DNA of 64,000 bases from Eledone cirrhosa (taxonomy: Eukaryota). The stretch lies in NCBI GenBank assembly GCA_964016885.1, contig OZ024741.1, positions 229,586,001-229,650,000 of the forward strand, written 5' to 3'. The position numbers and the translations under genes were made by a program. Below are positions 1 through 13,541 of this stretch, piece by piece (within the stretch, counting starts at the first letter, position 1; each line of letters starts with the position of its first letter). The notes beneath the pieces were generated by a model. That model searched no databases. It saw nothing but the letters and a program-made list of their open reading frames with translations, and had not been told where the DNA came from.

Positions 1-2
1 GT

Positions 3-36
<34 letters not shown>

Positions 37-59
37 AATATATATATATATCAAAATGA

Positions 60-2835
60 AAATCCGAAGGCAAGGTAAAATTTCCAATCATATTAATCAT
101 CACACATGTTTCAATAAGAGATAGATCGATCGTGAAGCCATGATCAATTATCACTGATCTCATCAGGTGAAAATGAATTGTCTTCAAATTCTTGATATGA
201 GGGAGAAAATAAGCAATGTTCACTCACAGAGTATATTCCCTCATATGAAGATCAAGCAGTCAAAATGCGGCGACTGCTATCAACTTCAGTTAAGGTCATA
301 AAACAATCAAATTTCTATATCCCAATAGCTGCAAAAAACGCTGGACATCATTAAAATCTGTAGAAATACAGTCGGTCACAGTTGATGTGAGTGGGTACAC
401 ACACACTTAACACCCACACACACCGACTCGAAGTCAAAGAAAAAATATATATAAATATATCCACACATCAACACAGTATCAAATCTGTAGAGCTATAGAC
501 GGTCACAATTAGTGTGAGTGGGTACACACACACCGAAGCGATATCAAAGAAAAGACAATAAATATAAGAATATACCAACATAGTATTCACCGAAAAGTTA
601 GTTTACAAAACAACAAATGCTACATTGGTTAAATCTCAATTTGACGATGCAAATTGGAAATATTAGGTCAACCACAGCCCCCCCCCCCCCCACACACACA
701 GTGTAAATTCAGTTCAGTGTTCTGCTATACGTGTATAGATTGAATTGTAACATCCGTATCTCCAAATAGTGTATGTTACGGTATATACACATCCCTATCG
801 TCCAAAAGGGTGTATGTATAGGTATATACACATCCATGTGAAGAGTAAGCAATCAACTCATATCGAACTCAGTATGTACCGCTGTCCCATTGAGAATCCG
901 AGTCCCCAAATCTGTGCGTGCAAGCAACTGCTATGTAGGCCAGCAAGGGGCTCCGTGTAGGGTTGGGTATTTGAGTTAAGGTGTCAGTAAGTACGATTTC
1001 TCGTCATACGAACCCTTGGGCTTTTAAGATAGGTGTTTGAGTGGTGGAGGTGTGTTATCCAACACAAAGGGTAAAGTAAAATAACAAAGGATGTGGGTAG
1101 GCTCATTAATGGTGTGTAAGTATTATTATTCAATCTGTAACTGTGAGCACTCCATGGTTAGATGATCAAAACCTAGAGTAGTGTTCAATCGGTAGGAACG
1201 TGACCAGTCGTAACTGAGGGAACTCAATGTCTAAAGAAAACGGGTACTCTGTGTAGGGTTATGTATAGAGAGCGTAAACGGTATTAACTGAGTGTGCAAT
1301 ACGTCTAGCTATATCCCAACCGAGAGAACTCAATGGTTAGGGTATCTTAAAGTAAAGGTAAATGCGCGTAATCGGTCTTGCCTGAGTACGTAATCATTTA
1401 CTAACTAGGTATTCTGAGTGTGTAATCATTCTAACTATTTACTAACTAGGTATTCCAAAGGCACTCCGCTGTGAGGACTCTGTGGAAACAGGCCGAGTAC
1501 CGTGTGTAAGTGCGCAAACGATCTTAACCGTCTAATTACCTGAGTGTGTGACTGTCTGTTTATTGAGAGAAATCTTGATGCATTACTTTCAAGAAATCCC
1601 GCGGAAGGTTTTCGGGGTTCTATGTTGGCAGTTGCTGAAAAAGTCCGCTCTCCTATTAATTAATAGGGGTCCGTCTCTAATAATATTAAAGGTTTCAACT
1701 ATGCACACATTACAGACGCCAGTGCTGCCGTTGTGAGGCTGGGCTGAGCACACTATGGACCAGGATAAGGAGTGCTCTATATTCTGTTGTTTAAGCTTCC
1801 AGACTAATTCAGAAAGCGCCATGCTATTTTTTTTATCTAATCTATTAAAGGTATGGCGGTGATTATACCATCTATCCTTAAATCGAGTGGAGACCTTACA
1901 GTCGTAGACTATGTTTTTGGTGAGGTATTTCCCAGCCATGGGCAAGTGGCGGTGTTCCTGAAATTACATTTTCTGTTATCGACCTGGGTATTTCCAGAGG
2001 AACCACGGTACCTTTGGGGTCGGGTCTCAGTTCTTGTCTGCTCTATGGGTAAGTTCCCAGGGGTTGGGGTGAGCCGACTCGCCTCACGTGTATGAGTCCG
2101 TTCATCCATAGAGCTGCCATTAGTTCTTCCATGTCTAGTCCCCCCTTGGGCTGTCCTAAGTCTACTATAATTCATCTTAGCTATATTCTGAGCTATGTTA
2201 CTGGTTGTGGAGTAGGACAGCTTGATGGTATTCCTATTGAATATTTTATAGTATCTGTGTGATCTAGGGAAGCATTTGTCTAAGGCTCTAAAGAAAAGCT
2301 TAGCTATACTAGTGGTCAGGCCAGTGGAGTAAGCAGGGTTATACCACAGGATTTTTCTGGTCCGATGCCTCTTGTTCTTACTAACTATATTAGAGTTACC
2401 CGTCTCCTTAGTAGCTACTGGTCTATTATAACTGAAAACTGCCTGTGGGTCGATGGTGTCCTGGGGTGTGCCGATTGTGTTCGGAATCGCCTCAAGTCTC
2501 CGGGGCGGTGTACCCCCACCGTACAGCCATGGGATTACCCTCGATAGCCGGGGTTGTATCCACTATGCGTCTGCTACACCTATCCCATTTCCGTTTACTC
2601 GACCCTCGTTCCAATTTATGTTCAACGGTTGTTTTATCAGTTCTACAATTAAGGTTACAATTAGAGTTTCCGCTGGCATTACGGTGCTCAGACCCCGTGT
2701 TAGTACCTGGGTGGTTGTTTCCGTTGGTAACATCAATATTGGGACTAGGAGGCAATACAACGTGAAGTCTATAGTGATCCTCCCTCGCATCCCGCCTGCT
2801 GTTAACTACAGTGTCACTATTTAGGCCTAAGCTAT
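60..2835 (-). mobile_element. 5'-truncated Naiad-type Penelope-like element (thumb/linker + GIY-YIG + 3' UTR)
   Basis: Minus-strand translation gives WYNPAYS..FFRALDKCFP.SHRYYKIFNRNTIKLSYSTT, KCNFRNTATCP and ORF 1589-1945 (NIVYDCKV, FKDRWYNH, CNVCIVE, LINRRADFFSNCQH); frameshifted; bounded by TA/TG tracts. Confidence 0.85.
100..170 (-). ncRNA. Hammerhead-like motif (possibly degenerate)
   Basis: TCAC-CTGATGA-long hairpin-GAAA-CATGT-GTGA on minus strand; palindromic stem III ACATGT but no clear unpaired N17. Confidence 0.45.
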
Positions 2836-2882
2836 ACACACATATGTATATATATATGTGTGTATTTGTGTGTATGTAAATG

Positions 2883-2984
<102 letters not shown>

Positions 2985-2985
2985 C

Positions 2986-3035
<50 letters not shown>

Positions 3036-3074
3036 GATATTAACAAATGGAAACTATATTTATAAAACCATATC

Positions 3075-3139
3075 TATTTTATTATACATATTTCAAGGAT
3101 ACCATGTTAAATTATGGTATGCTTTCATCAGACAAAATA
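3075..3139 (-). ncRNA. Type I hammerhead ribozyme (family B)
   Basis: Reverse complement of 7865-7929. Confidence 0.8.
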
Positions 3140-4702
3140 CAATATATACCAGTTTTATAAATAAATTTTAACATACCCTTTCAAAATGCAACCGTTACTT
3201 TTGGAAGACATCAGGATATTGGATTTCTTTATCTAAGTAAGTCATTGTGTTACGGAGAAGGAAAAAGACGGAGAGAGAAAAACCGAGAGAGAGAAAAGTT
3301 GAGAAAGAAAGGGAGATATAAAGAAAGAAAAAGAGAAAAAAGAGAAAAAAGAAAAAAAGAAAAAAAGAAAAAAAGAAAAAAAGAAAAAAAGAAAAAGGAG
3401 AGAGAGATATCAAAACACCAGACAGAGAGAACAAATCAAGAGAGAGAAATATATAGATAGAGAGAGGGGGAGAGAACGAAAACCTTAAGTCATGTCATAT
3501 TAAGTTAAGTTAACAATTGAGATGAAATGAATAAATAAAATTAGAAATATTAATATTCATGAATGGAATATATATATATAATATGAGAAATTAATCATTG
3601 TTTAACTATGATTAGATATTTAGTTTAAGAGTTGAGATCAATATATTAAAAATTGGAATTTAAACATTAAGAAATCTATATATTGCTAGAGAAAAAAAAC
3701 TATCATATAACACGTACACACACGCAAAAAATACACATAAATATACATATAAATACACACTCAGAAGATACACATTATATCTACTCCCGTATATAATATA
3801 TACATACAAAGCATAAAGGATTTTTTTTTTTTTTTTTGTTATACATGACTTGTGTTATTAAATAAAAATGTTTAATATATATATATACAAATATATAGCA
3901 TTAGCTTTCATGCATTTATGGCTGTTAAATTATGCCTATCTGCAATCAAAATTGTATGGGTACACATGTACATGTACACACAATTCTTACATATACATAT
4001 ATACACTTGTGTGTGCATCACCCAATTGGTAAACACGCGTCACTCATGCATATATACAGATAGACATATATTCATAAAAATGCATATAACACATGTATAT
4101 GTATGTTAATACACACATATACATACATATTCGTATAGAGATAAGTATACATCAATATATTACATAGTATAATTGAGTACATAAATACAAAAGGATTATA
4201 TTTTGGAAATATAATTATATCAATATAACTTAAAAACAAAAGAATTCTAAAATATTAAAATATTAAAATATTTTAAAATATTATAGAATATTTTAAGTTA
4301 AAATAATATGTTTAATAGATTTAGTATAGAAATTATTTATCTTATGTATATTTTACTCAAGATATTGAAAGGATAAACGTTCGAAAATTATGAGAAGCTA
4401 TCAGAATAAAAAACAAACCTAATAAAAAATAAATAAAATAAAATAAATAAAATATTAAAAAAAAAATATAAAAAAATAAAAAATATGAAAAATATGAAAA
4501 TATAAAAAATATAAGAAATAGGAAATATTTTCTTATTTCAAGAGCTCTCAATATATTTCTCTAGAATAGTTTATTATATTTATATTTAGGAAGAAAATTT
4601 ATTTATACTTGAGTACTTAACCAGAGAAAATGAAAAATGTGAAGGAATCTAATGATTTATCGACAGGTTTCATATATTAACCAAATTACATAATTAATTA
4701 TA

Positions 4703-6590
4703 CTACATTTTAAATTTATATTTATATTTAAACGTTGAGTTCAATCTATGTCTCCAGCAACTGAATAAATTATTCCTTAAATTTAGGGAACTTTTGGTCT
4801 TTAATATAAAGAATATTTCCTCTATACAAAGATCGCAATTTTCTGAAGAGGAATTAAAAGGAGTAGCTTTTGAAATAATATTCCAAATCAGCGAATATTC
4901 AACATTATCTCGTTTTATGTCCCATAATAGGCTAGATAGCGAAGTTGAAAATTTTTTGTTTGGATCTGTAAAAGAATTTTTATGATTATTGAAGCGGGAT
5001 TTAAACTCTGTGGAGGTAGACCCGACATAATTAAATGAATTTAAATTAGTTTTTACATTACAATTATAAACTACATTTTTAGCTAAGCAATTGTTATTTA
5101 ACGGACAGTTGGATTTATTTCTACAGTTACAATTATTCGATTGAATATTGCTTGGGTTATTATTGGTATTTTGGTTAGGTTTTAAATTTCTATTATTAAT
5201 TCTATTAATATTTTGCGCTAAATTTTTGGTGGAAGAGTAAGTTAATTTTATAGTATGTCTATTAAAAATTGAGTAATATCTATGTGTTCTAGGGAAGCGT
5301 TTGTCGAGAGCTTTAAAGAATAGTTTAGCAATAGGGGTTTTAATATTTAGTGAGAAAGGAGGAGCGAACCATACTATATTCCTAGTTCTATTTCTTTTTC
5401 GGCTTTCGGAATTATTGTAATGTTTTCTATTATAGTTGTTAAAATTGTTACCATAGTTAAAATTGTTATTATTTTGGTTAGTTTTTATAGTATTATTATT
5501 ATCGATGTATTTAATTTTATTTCTATACCCAGCTCTACCTAACGCTTCGTTGTAATAATGCGCTTTTTCATCAAATATATTCTTATTAGATGAAATTCTC
5601 GAAATTCGTTCTTGTACAGAGTTCACTATAGTATTTTTAACGGATCTGGGGTGATTAGAGTTAAAATTGACATAATTTAAGTTCTCATTTAGTTTGTGAA
5701 ATGGATAATGAAGACATGTGTTAAGATTTAGTGTTACATCTAGAAAATTGACTATTTATGGTTATTCTCTATTTCTACTTTTAGATTAAGGTAATTAAAA
5801 AATTGTATAATTTGTTTTCTTTTTCTATTTAGTTCACAGCTATTATTTTCTATAAGTAAAAGCATGTCGTCACGATATAAAGCTCCGGTTACACCTGGTA
5901 TTTTTCTATGTAGAGAATTAATTATAAATAGGCCCACAAGGTCCGTTACCTGACCTGAGTCTGAAGATCCCATAGTTATGTCGAAATTATTATTTCTATC
6001 TGCCCTAGTCCAGAGTTGGTTATTAAATTCTATTAATGTTTTCCGTGCCGATAATATAATGTGCATTTCATTGCTAGTTATGTCTGTATGTTAAATGCGT
6101 AAGTTAGTGCCTTATTCAGTAGATTAGGAGTGATAGATGAGTAGTAGTTAGCAATATCCAACTGAATAAACTTATTATTATAGTTATATTTAATTTCTTT
6201 AAACCAATCGATAACCTCACTAGTCCCTTTCCATAATTTTAAGTAAGATACATTAGGTAAATACTTAATTTGCGGTATTATTCTGTCTAGAATATTTTTG
6301 CTAAGTCTGCCAAGATCAGATTTAGATGGTGCAATTAATCTGACTGGTAAATCATTTTCAAAGTTTCATTTATGATCCTTCATATTAATCTTAGGTTTCC
6401 TTGGCATGAATGGTTGTGTTTTATTTTCAATGTCTAGTTCATGCATTATACAAGAGGCATCCGTATTCAGTTTTTCAAGTTCGTCTTTATTTGCTACTTT
6501 GTATTTCTTCCTTAGTTCCTTTAATATAAGGTCGTTATAAATGTCCTTTTGTATTCCGTAAAGATTATTGGTTTTGTCCGACTTGACTAA
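4703..6590 (-). pseudogene. PLE reverse transcriptase + GIY-YIG endonuclease, disrupted
   Basis: VRLIAPSKSDLG, IQLDI, FDITMGSSDS, ALYRDD, NCNCRNKSNCPLNNNCL, YVGSTSTEFKSRFNNH, CDLCIEE; stops and frameshifts. Confidence 0.9.
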
Positions 6591-7864
6591 TTTTCGAACG
6601 TTTATCCTTTCAATATCTTGAGTAATATTTACGTATGATAAATTTCTATACTAAATCTATTAAACATATTATTTTAACTTAAAATATTCTATAATATTTT
6701 AAAATATTTTAATATTTTAATATTTTAGAATTCTTTTGTTTTTAAGTTATATTGATATAATTATATTTCCAAAATATAATCCTTTTGTACTTTATGTACT
6801 CAATTATACTATGTAATATATTTATGTATACTTATCTCTATACGAGTATGTATGTATATGTGTGTATTAACATACATATACATGTGTTATATGCATTTTT
6901 ATGAATATATGTCTGTCTGTATTTATGCATGAGTGACGCGTGTCTACCAATTGGGTGATGCACACACATGTGTATATATGTATATGTAAGAATTGTGTGT
7001 ATATGTACATGTGTACCCATACAATTTTGATTGCAAATAGGCATAATTTAACAGCCATAAATGAATGAAAGCTAATCCTATATATTTGTATATATATATA
7101 TATATATATTAAAAATATTTATTTAATAACACAAGTGATGTATAACAAAAAAAAAAAAAAATCATTTATGCTTTGTATGTATATATTATATACGGGAGTA
7201 GATATACTGTGTATCTTCTGAGTGTGTATATATATGTATATTTATGTGTATTTTTTGCGTGGGTGTACGTGTGATATGATAGGTTTTTTTTTCTCTAGCA
7301 ATATATTGAATTCCAATTTTTAATATATTGATCTCAACTCTTAAACTAAATATCTAATCATAGTTAAACAATGATTAATTTCTCATATTTTATATATATA
7401 TATTCCATTCATGAATATTAATATTTCTAATTTTATTTATTCATTTCATCTAATTGTTAACTTAACTTAATATGACATGACTTAAGGTTTTCGTTCTCTC
7501 GCCCTCTCTCTCTCTCTCTCTATTTCTCTCTCTTGATTTTTTCTCTCTGTCTGGTGTTTTGATATCTCTCTCTCCTCTTTTTTTTCTTTTTTTCTTTTTT
7601 TCTTTTTTTCTTTTTTTCTTTTTTTCTTTTTTTCTTTTTTTCTTTTTTTCTTTTTTTCTTTTTTCTCTTTTTCTTTCTTTATATCTCCCTTTCTTTCTCA
7701 ACTTTTCTCTCTCTCGGTTTTTCTCTCTCTCTCCGTCTTTTTCCTTCTCCGTAACACAATGACTTACTAAGATAAAGAAATCCAATATCCTGATGTCTTC
7801 CAAAAGTAACGGTTGCATTTTGAAAGGGTATGTTAAAATTTATTTATAAAACTGGTATATATTG

Positions 7865-7929
7865 TATTTTGTCTGATGAAAGCATACCATAATTTAACAT
7901 GGTATCCTTGAAATATGTATAATAAAATA
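7865..7929 (+). ncRNA. Type I hammerhead ribozyme (family B)
   Basis: Stem I TATTTTGT/ATAAAATA, CTGATGA 7873-7879, stem II ATACCAT/ATGGTAT, GAAA 7910-7913, stem III ATATGTAT, N17=A7921. Confidence 0.8.
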
Positions 7930-8057
7930 GATATGGTTTTATAAATATAGTTTCCATTTGTTAATATACGTATATTTACTCAAAATACTTGTCGAGTGCT
8001 TTATATCAGTTATAAAAATATTTGCTTGTTGTATCCCAACAATTTAAATAGAACTTT

Positions 8058-8124
<67 letters not shown>

Positions 8125-8166
8125 ATGTATGTATATGTTTATGTGTATGTATGTATATGTGTATAC

Positions 8167-8202
<36 letters not shown>

Positions 8203-8207
8203 GTATA

Positions 8208-8740
8208 GATTTTGAGTTTATGTCGGTTGTATACCAACACCTCAGTATGCAGGCTGGAGCACTCGACGAAGTGCGCAGTTTGGTTTGGTTACTCCGGAGT
8301 AGTGTAAAATAAAGTTAAATAAAAGTCAAATGATTAAAATTTAGCTTCGTTTATTACTGCTATATATATTTCAGTGACAGCCATCTTTGGCTGTGACCTC
8401 TTCAGGCAGTTTGAATTAGTATGGTATAGACAAGTACATATGTTGTTTAGGTGTATAATATTGTCAATACTCTGATATGCCCAGTTCCTTGTTGGGTTGT
8501 TAATTCACTGAGGAACGTGTATATGACTCCAGTTCCTCAGTGAATTAACAACCCAACAAGGAACTGGGCATATCAGAGTATTGACAATATTATACACCTA
8601 AACAACATATGTACTTGTCTATACCATACTAATTCAAACTGCCTGAAGAGGTCACAGCCAAAGATGGCTGTCACTGAAATATATATAGCAGTGATAAACG
8701 AAGCTAAATTTTAATCATTTGACTTTTATTTAACTTTATT
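8208..8740. mobile_element. Palindromic non-coding PLE end (family C) with two inverted HHRs
   Basis: ~8306-8517 and ~8532-8741 are near-perfect inverted arms; ~100-bp extra tail at 8208-8305; flanked by TA-rich microsatellite. Confidence 0.85.
8638..8692 (+). ncRNA. Type I hammerhead ribozyme (family C); inverted copy at 8356-8410
   Basis: ACTGC-CTGAAGA-(ACAGCCA/TGGCTGT)-GAAA-TATATAT-A-GCAGT. Confidence 0.85.
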
Positions 8741-8742
8741 TT

Positions 8743-8792
<50 letters not shown>

Positions 8793-9115
8793 ATGTGTAT
8801 GTGTATGCGTATATGTATATATGTATGTATATATTTATATTTATATATACATGCGTGTATGTATGTATGTATGTGTGTATGTGTGTATATATATATTTAT
8901 ATGTATATATGTATGTATATGTGTATGTGTGTGTGTATATATGTATGTATGTATGTGTTTGTGTATGTACGTGTATGTATATGTGTGTGTATGTGTATAT
9001 ATGTGTATATGTATATATATATATGTGTATATGTATAAATATATATATATGTGTGTGTGTATGTATGTGTGTATATATATGTATGTATATGTATATATAT
9101 ATATATATGTATGTG

Positions 9116-9152
<37 letters not shown>

Positions 9153-9213
9153 GTATATATATGTGTATATATGTATGTAAGTGGGTGTGTATGTGTATAT
9201 ATGTATGTATATG

Positions 9214-9285
<72 letters not shown>

Positions 9286-9325
9286 AGTGTGTGTATATAT
9301 GTGTATATATATATATATATAATAT
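8741..9325. repeat. Degenerate (TA)n/(TG)n/(TATG)n microsatellite tract
   Basis: Direct inspection; similar tracts at 2836-3034, 14705-15190, 16405-17670, 24832-25104, 44560-44915, 47970-48195 and 58200-58335. Confidence 0.95.
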
Positions 9326-9659
9326 AAGATCAAAAGATGGTTAAAAGAGTTCCAGGTATTTTATTATGTGCATTTCAAAAACAAATATCATCATCGGATG
9401 ATATTTGCGTTCTCATCAGATAAAGTAGGGAGACATGATATGAAGCTTAAAAAACACTTGCCAGCAGTGAAGTGTTAAATCAACATATGAAAGATAAAGT
9501 AAGATGGATATATGAGATTGGGGAAAAAAGGAGGGGAGTATGTAAAGTTAAGGAAGAGGAAGAAAGAAAATAAAGGATGACGGGGGGAGGAGTATAAGAA
9601 GGAAGGATGATATAAGAAGGAAGAATGAGAGAGGAGGAGAAATGAGAGATAGAGAGAGA

Positions 9660-9745
<86 letters not shown>

Positions 9746-10854
9746 GCCTTTACAACTGAGAAAACATTGTCTCACAGAGAGAAATTTAAAAAACCGTTGA
9801 AAGATAATAGATAATTTTAAAAGATTTTCGAAATTAAAAGTTAATGAGGTTTATGAATGGTGATGTTTATGATTAAAGAAAAAGAAATTAAGAATAGTAT
9901 TTCTTTAAGGTTTATAAATTGAAGGGTTTAGTAATATGTGCGGGAAAAAAGAATTTATTAATATGTATTATTAAAATAAAAATATTAAGGATATTAAGGA
10001 TTAAGGATATAATGTAAAAGAAGGAGAGATTGAATGAATTATGAACTTAGAGGAATTAGTTAGTGTTTAAGTTTGTTTTTATGTATTGTAATATGTAAAA
10101 GTAAATAATAGGTTTTATACGAGCACGGAAGGAGAGAAGAAAGGAGAAAATTTAAGGAAGAAAAAATATCTAACGTCAAAAAATATATATGTTTATAAAA
10201 TTTTCTAATGGTAATATTATTATATATTAAAAAATATATTTTCTATGGCCAATAATATAAGGAAAAATGGAAAAATGGAAAATGCTATAGTGAGTAATAA
10301 TATGAATTAAGAAGTAATTGGGAAGTAAAAGTTAGAGATTAAAGATTAGAAATTAAAAAAAAGAAAAAAGGGAAGAAAGGAAAAAGGATAAAAAGAAGAA
10401 AGATAGGGGACCTCTAACGACATATAATGAGTAAATTGTATAATATAATATACTGAAATAAGGTAGAAAAATGGGTATATTTGTAAACGATACAAAAGCC
10501 TTTGAGAAAAGAAGATTTTAAACTAATTAGGTATTGAGATATTAGCTGTATACTTTATGGAAAGTTCTATGGGATTTATGCAGGCAGAGCGAAAATAAAT
10601 CCGTTCGTCTGTTTATTATAGAATTAAAATTAGATATAATGGTAAATTTCTTGGCTAGGCAGAGATTACATGTTCTGGATAGGGAAGAATTCCGGTAAGG
10701 AAAGGCGTTGAAAACCTTCCTCCAAGAGATGTTATACTTAATATTTTTGTCTTTTAAGGACCATATGAGTTCTACATTAACTTGCTGCTTGACTGTTTGA
10801 GCGCTAACTCTTATATCGGATACGTTTGATGGTCTCTAATTTTTCTTCTATAAC

Positions 10855-13275
10855 ATGGATTATTACAACATAACAACTTCAATTAAAGACATTCCTATAC
10901 CTGGTAAATCTTAGTTCACTAAACTACTTATTGAAAAAACTGACTCTTTTGTGAGAAGGCTTAGATGGATCACTTTTTTCCACAACCAGCGCTTAAAAGG
11001 AAATTTATATACTAAGGAACATAACAATTTTGATCATTTATTTAACTCTAGAAGAAATCCTCCTTTCAACAAAAATCTAGCGCAATTTGAGGAAGAATTA
11101 ACTAATATTATAAGAGGTCTTAAATTCAGGAGAAACCCTTATAGAGAACAGGAGCACCTTATAAATCTCAGGAATACGATTTCGGACCTTAATTCCTCTA
11201 AAAATGTCTTAGTCCACTCCGACAAAACTAATAATGTATATGACGTATCTAAAGATAAGTATAATAACCTTATCCTTAAGGAACTAAGGAAGAATTATCG
11301 TAAAACTAACCACGACAATTTGGAATCTATAAACTTGGAAGCTTCTGAGATTATGTCTAAACTTGGCATCGAGAAAAAGAACGAACCATTCTTCTCAAGA
11401 ACTCCGAGGATAAATCTCAAGATTCATAAAAGTAACTTTCGAACGGAATTGCCTGTTAGACTAATCGCCCCCTCTAAATCAGATCTGGGGGTTGTTAGTA
11501 AATCCATCTTGGATAGAATTATCCCACAGGTTCGTTCTAATTGCTCTATTTCTAACTTAAATTTATGGATTGGTACATCTGAAATAATTGGCTGGTTCAA
11601 TGACCTGAATAATAAAAACAAACAAAAATGTATTCAGTTTGACATTGCCAGTTACTATTCTTCTATTTCGCCTTCACTCCTCAACAACGCTCTATCTTTC
11701 GCATTTAAATATTCTGACATTACCACAGATGAAATTTACATCATTCTCGCCGCAAGGAAAACTATCTTGGAATTGAACAACGAATATTGGACTAGAGCTG
11801 ATACTTCCAACAATTTTGATATCACAATGGGTGCGTCCGATTCATCGCAACTGACGGGCTTGATTGGTATCTTTATTTTGAATTCTTTAAATCGGAAAAT
11901 TCCTCAACTTCGCGGTGGAATTTATCGTGACGATGCCCTTTTTACTGTCTTAAACTGTAACTTAGTTAACCTTAATATTATTAAGAACAATATACTTGAT
12001 CTATTTAAGCACCATAACCTTAAAATTGAATTTGATAACAACGTCAAACTATCTAACTTCCTGGATATATCCCTTAATCTTGACACTGGCCCATATTAAC
12101 CTTACCATAAAGACAATGTGAATCTAAATTATGTTAATTTTAAATCTAACCACCCCACTAACGTTCAAAATGCTATAGTCAGTAATATTGAATAAAGAAT
12201 CTCAAATCTATCCTCTAATAAAGTTATCTTCGACGCTAATGCCAATTACTATAATAATGCGCTTTCCAAAGCCGGTTATCCTGATAAAATTAAATACAGT
12301 AAAGAAACCAATCATCGAAGGATTTATAGTAAAATAGTTAATTATGAACATTCCAATAACTTAAATAAAAGACCTAGATACAAAAATATGATTTGGTATA
12401 ATGCTCCTTTTTCTCTATCTATTACTAGTAATATTCCTAAACTATTCTTTAGGGCCTTAGATAAATGCTTCCCTCCCTCGCATATCTATAGTAAGATCTT
12501 TAACAAACATACAATCAAATTCTCTTATTCCACCACCTCCAACATCTCTAACATTATCTCTAAACACAATAATAAAATATTAAATAATAAATTATATCCA
12601 TCCAACACTGAGCGTCATAATAATAGCAATAGTAATCCCGACGTCAATGTTAGCTCTAGGCTAGATTCAGTAAATTTAAATACGACGTCAAACGTAACTT
12701 CGTTGAATGTTCATAACACCAATCTAAATCAGGAAACTATAGTTCCTATCGTAAATAACTTCTCCAATACAATTGCTTCTATAAATAAAAAAAGGTCACT
12801 TGTTAATAACTCTGTTAATTTCTCTAATCGTAATTGTAATTGCCCTGTTAGAACTAAATGTCCTCTTAATAACCAATGTCTTGATAAAAACTTAGTGTAT
12901 GAATGTAAGGTTATAACTGGTACTAATTCTTTTACCTATTTCAGTTCCACTTCCACTTCCTTTAAAACAAGATATTATAATCACAAATCGTCTTTTAAAT
13001 ACCAACTTAAAAGAACTAACACGGCACTCTCGGAACTCATATGGTCCTTAAAAGACAAAAATATTAAGTATAACATCTCTTGGAGGAAGGTTTGCAACGT
13101 CTTTCCTTACCGGAATTCTTCCCTATCCAGAACATGTAATCTCTGCCTAGCCGGGAAATTTACCATTATATCTAATTTTAATTCTATAATAAATAGACGT
13201 CCGGATTTATTTTCGCTCTGCCTGCATAAATCCCATAGAACTTTCCATAAAGTATACAGCTATCTCAATACCTAA
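10855..13275 (+). pseudogene. PLE RT-GIY-YIG polyprotein (~806 codons, one frame, 3 premature stops)
   Basis: ATG 10855; IKDIPIP, RRLRW, VHSDKT, IQFDI, GIYRDD, NCNCPVRTKCPLNNQCL, FKTRYYNH, CNLCL; stops at 10912 (TAG), 12097 and 12193 (TAA). Confidence 0.92.
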
Positions 13276-13368
13276 TTAGTTTAACATCTTCTTTTCTCAA
13301 AGGCTTTTGTATCTTTTACAAATATACCCATCTTTCTACCTTATTTCAGTATATTATATTATACAATT

Positions 13369-13541
13369 GGCACTATCGGTAGAGGATCGGACGCCATGCT
13401 TTCCAGCATAGTTACGTCCCTTTACGGTCTGAGTTCAAATCCCGCCGAGGTTAACTTTGTCTTTCATCCTTACGGGGTCGATAAAATAAAGTACCAGTAA
13501 TGTACTGAGTAATTGATGGTCTTGTGACAAAAGTGGAAACA
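13369..13541 (+). mobile_element. tRNA-derived SINE with Nin/Deu-like central domain
   Basis: B-box GAGTTCAAATCC; TTTCATCCTTACGGGGTCGATAAAATAAAGTACCAG; 16-bp TSD ATTATATTATACAATT (13353-13368 / 13542-13557); absent from the inverted arm (~10432-10450). Confidence 0.85.

Larger units (their letters stand above)
3035..8060 (-). mobile_element. Naiad-type PLE (family B), 5'-truncated, with ~1.35-kb inverted copy of its 3' end
   Basis: ~6588-7965 is the reverse complement of ~3037-4390, followed by a short tail to ~8060; RT/EN coding between; (TA)n on both sides. Confidence 0.9.

Noticed and set aside
13369-13445. tRNA genes (also 29463, 39454, 47890)
   Set aside because: No intact cloverleaf; they are SINE heads followed by SINE bodies, some with TSDs.
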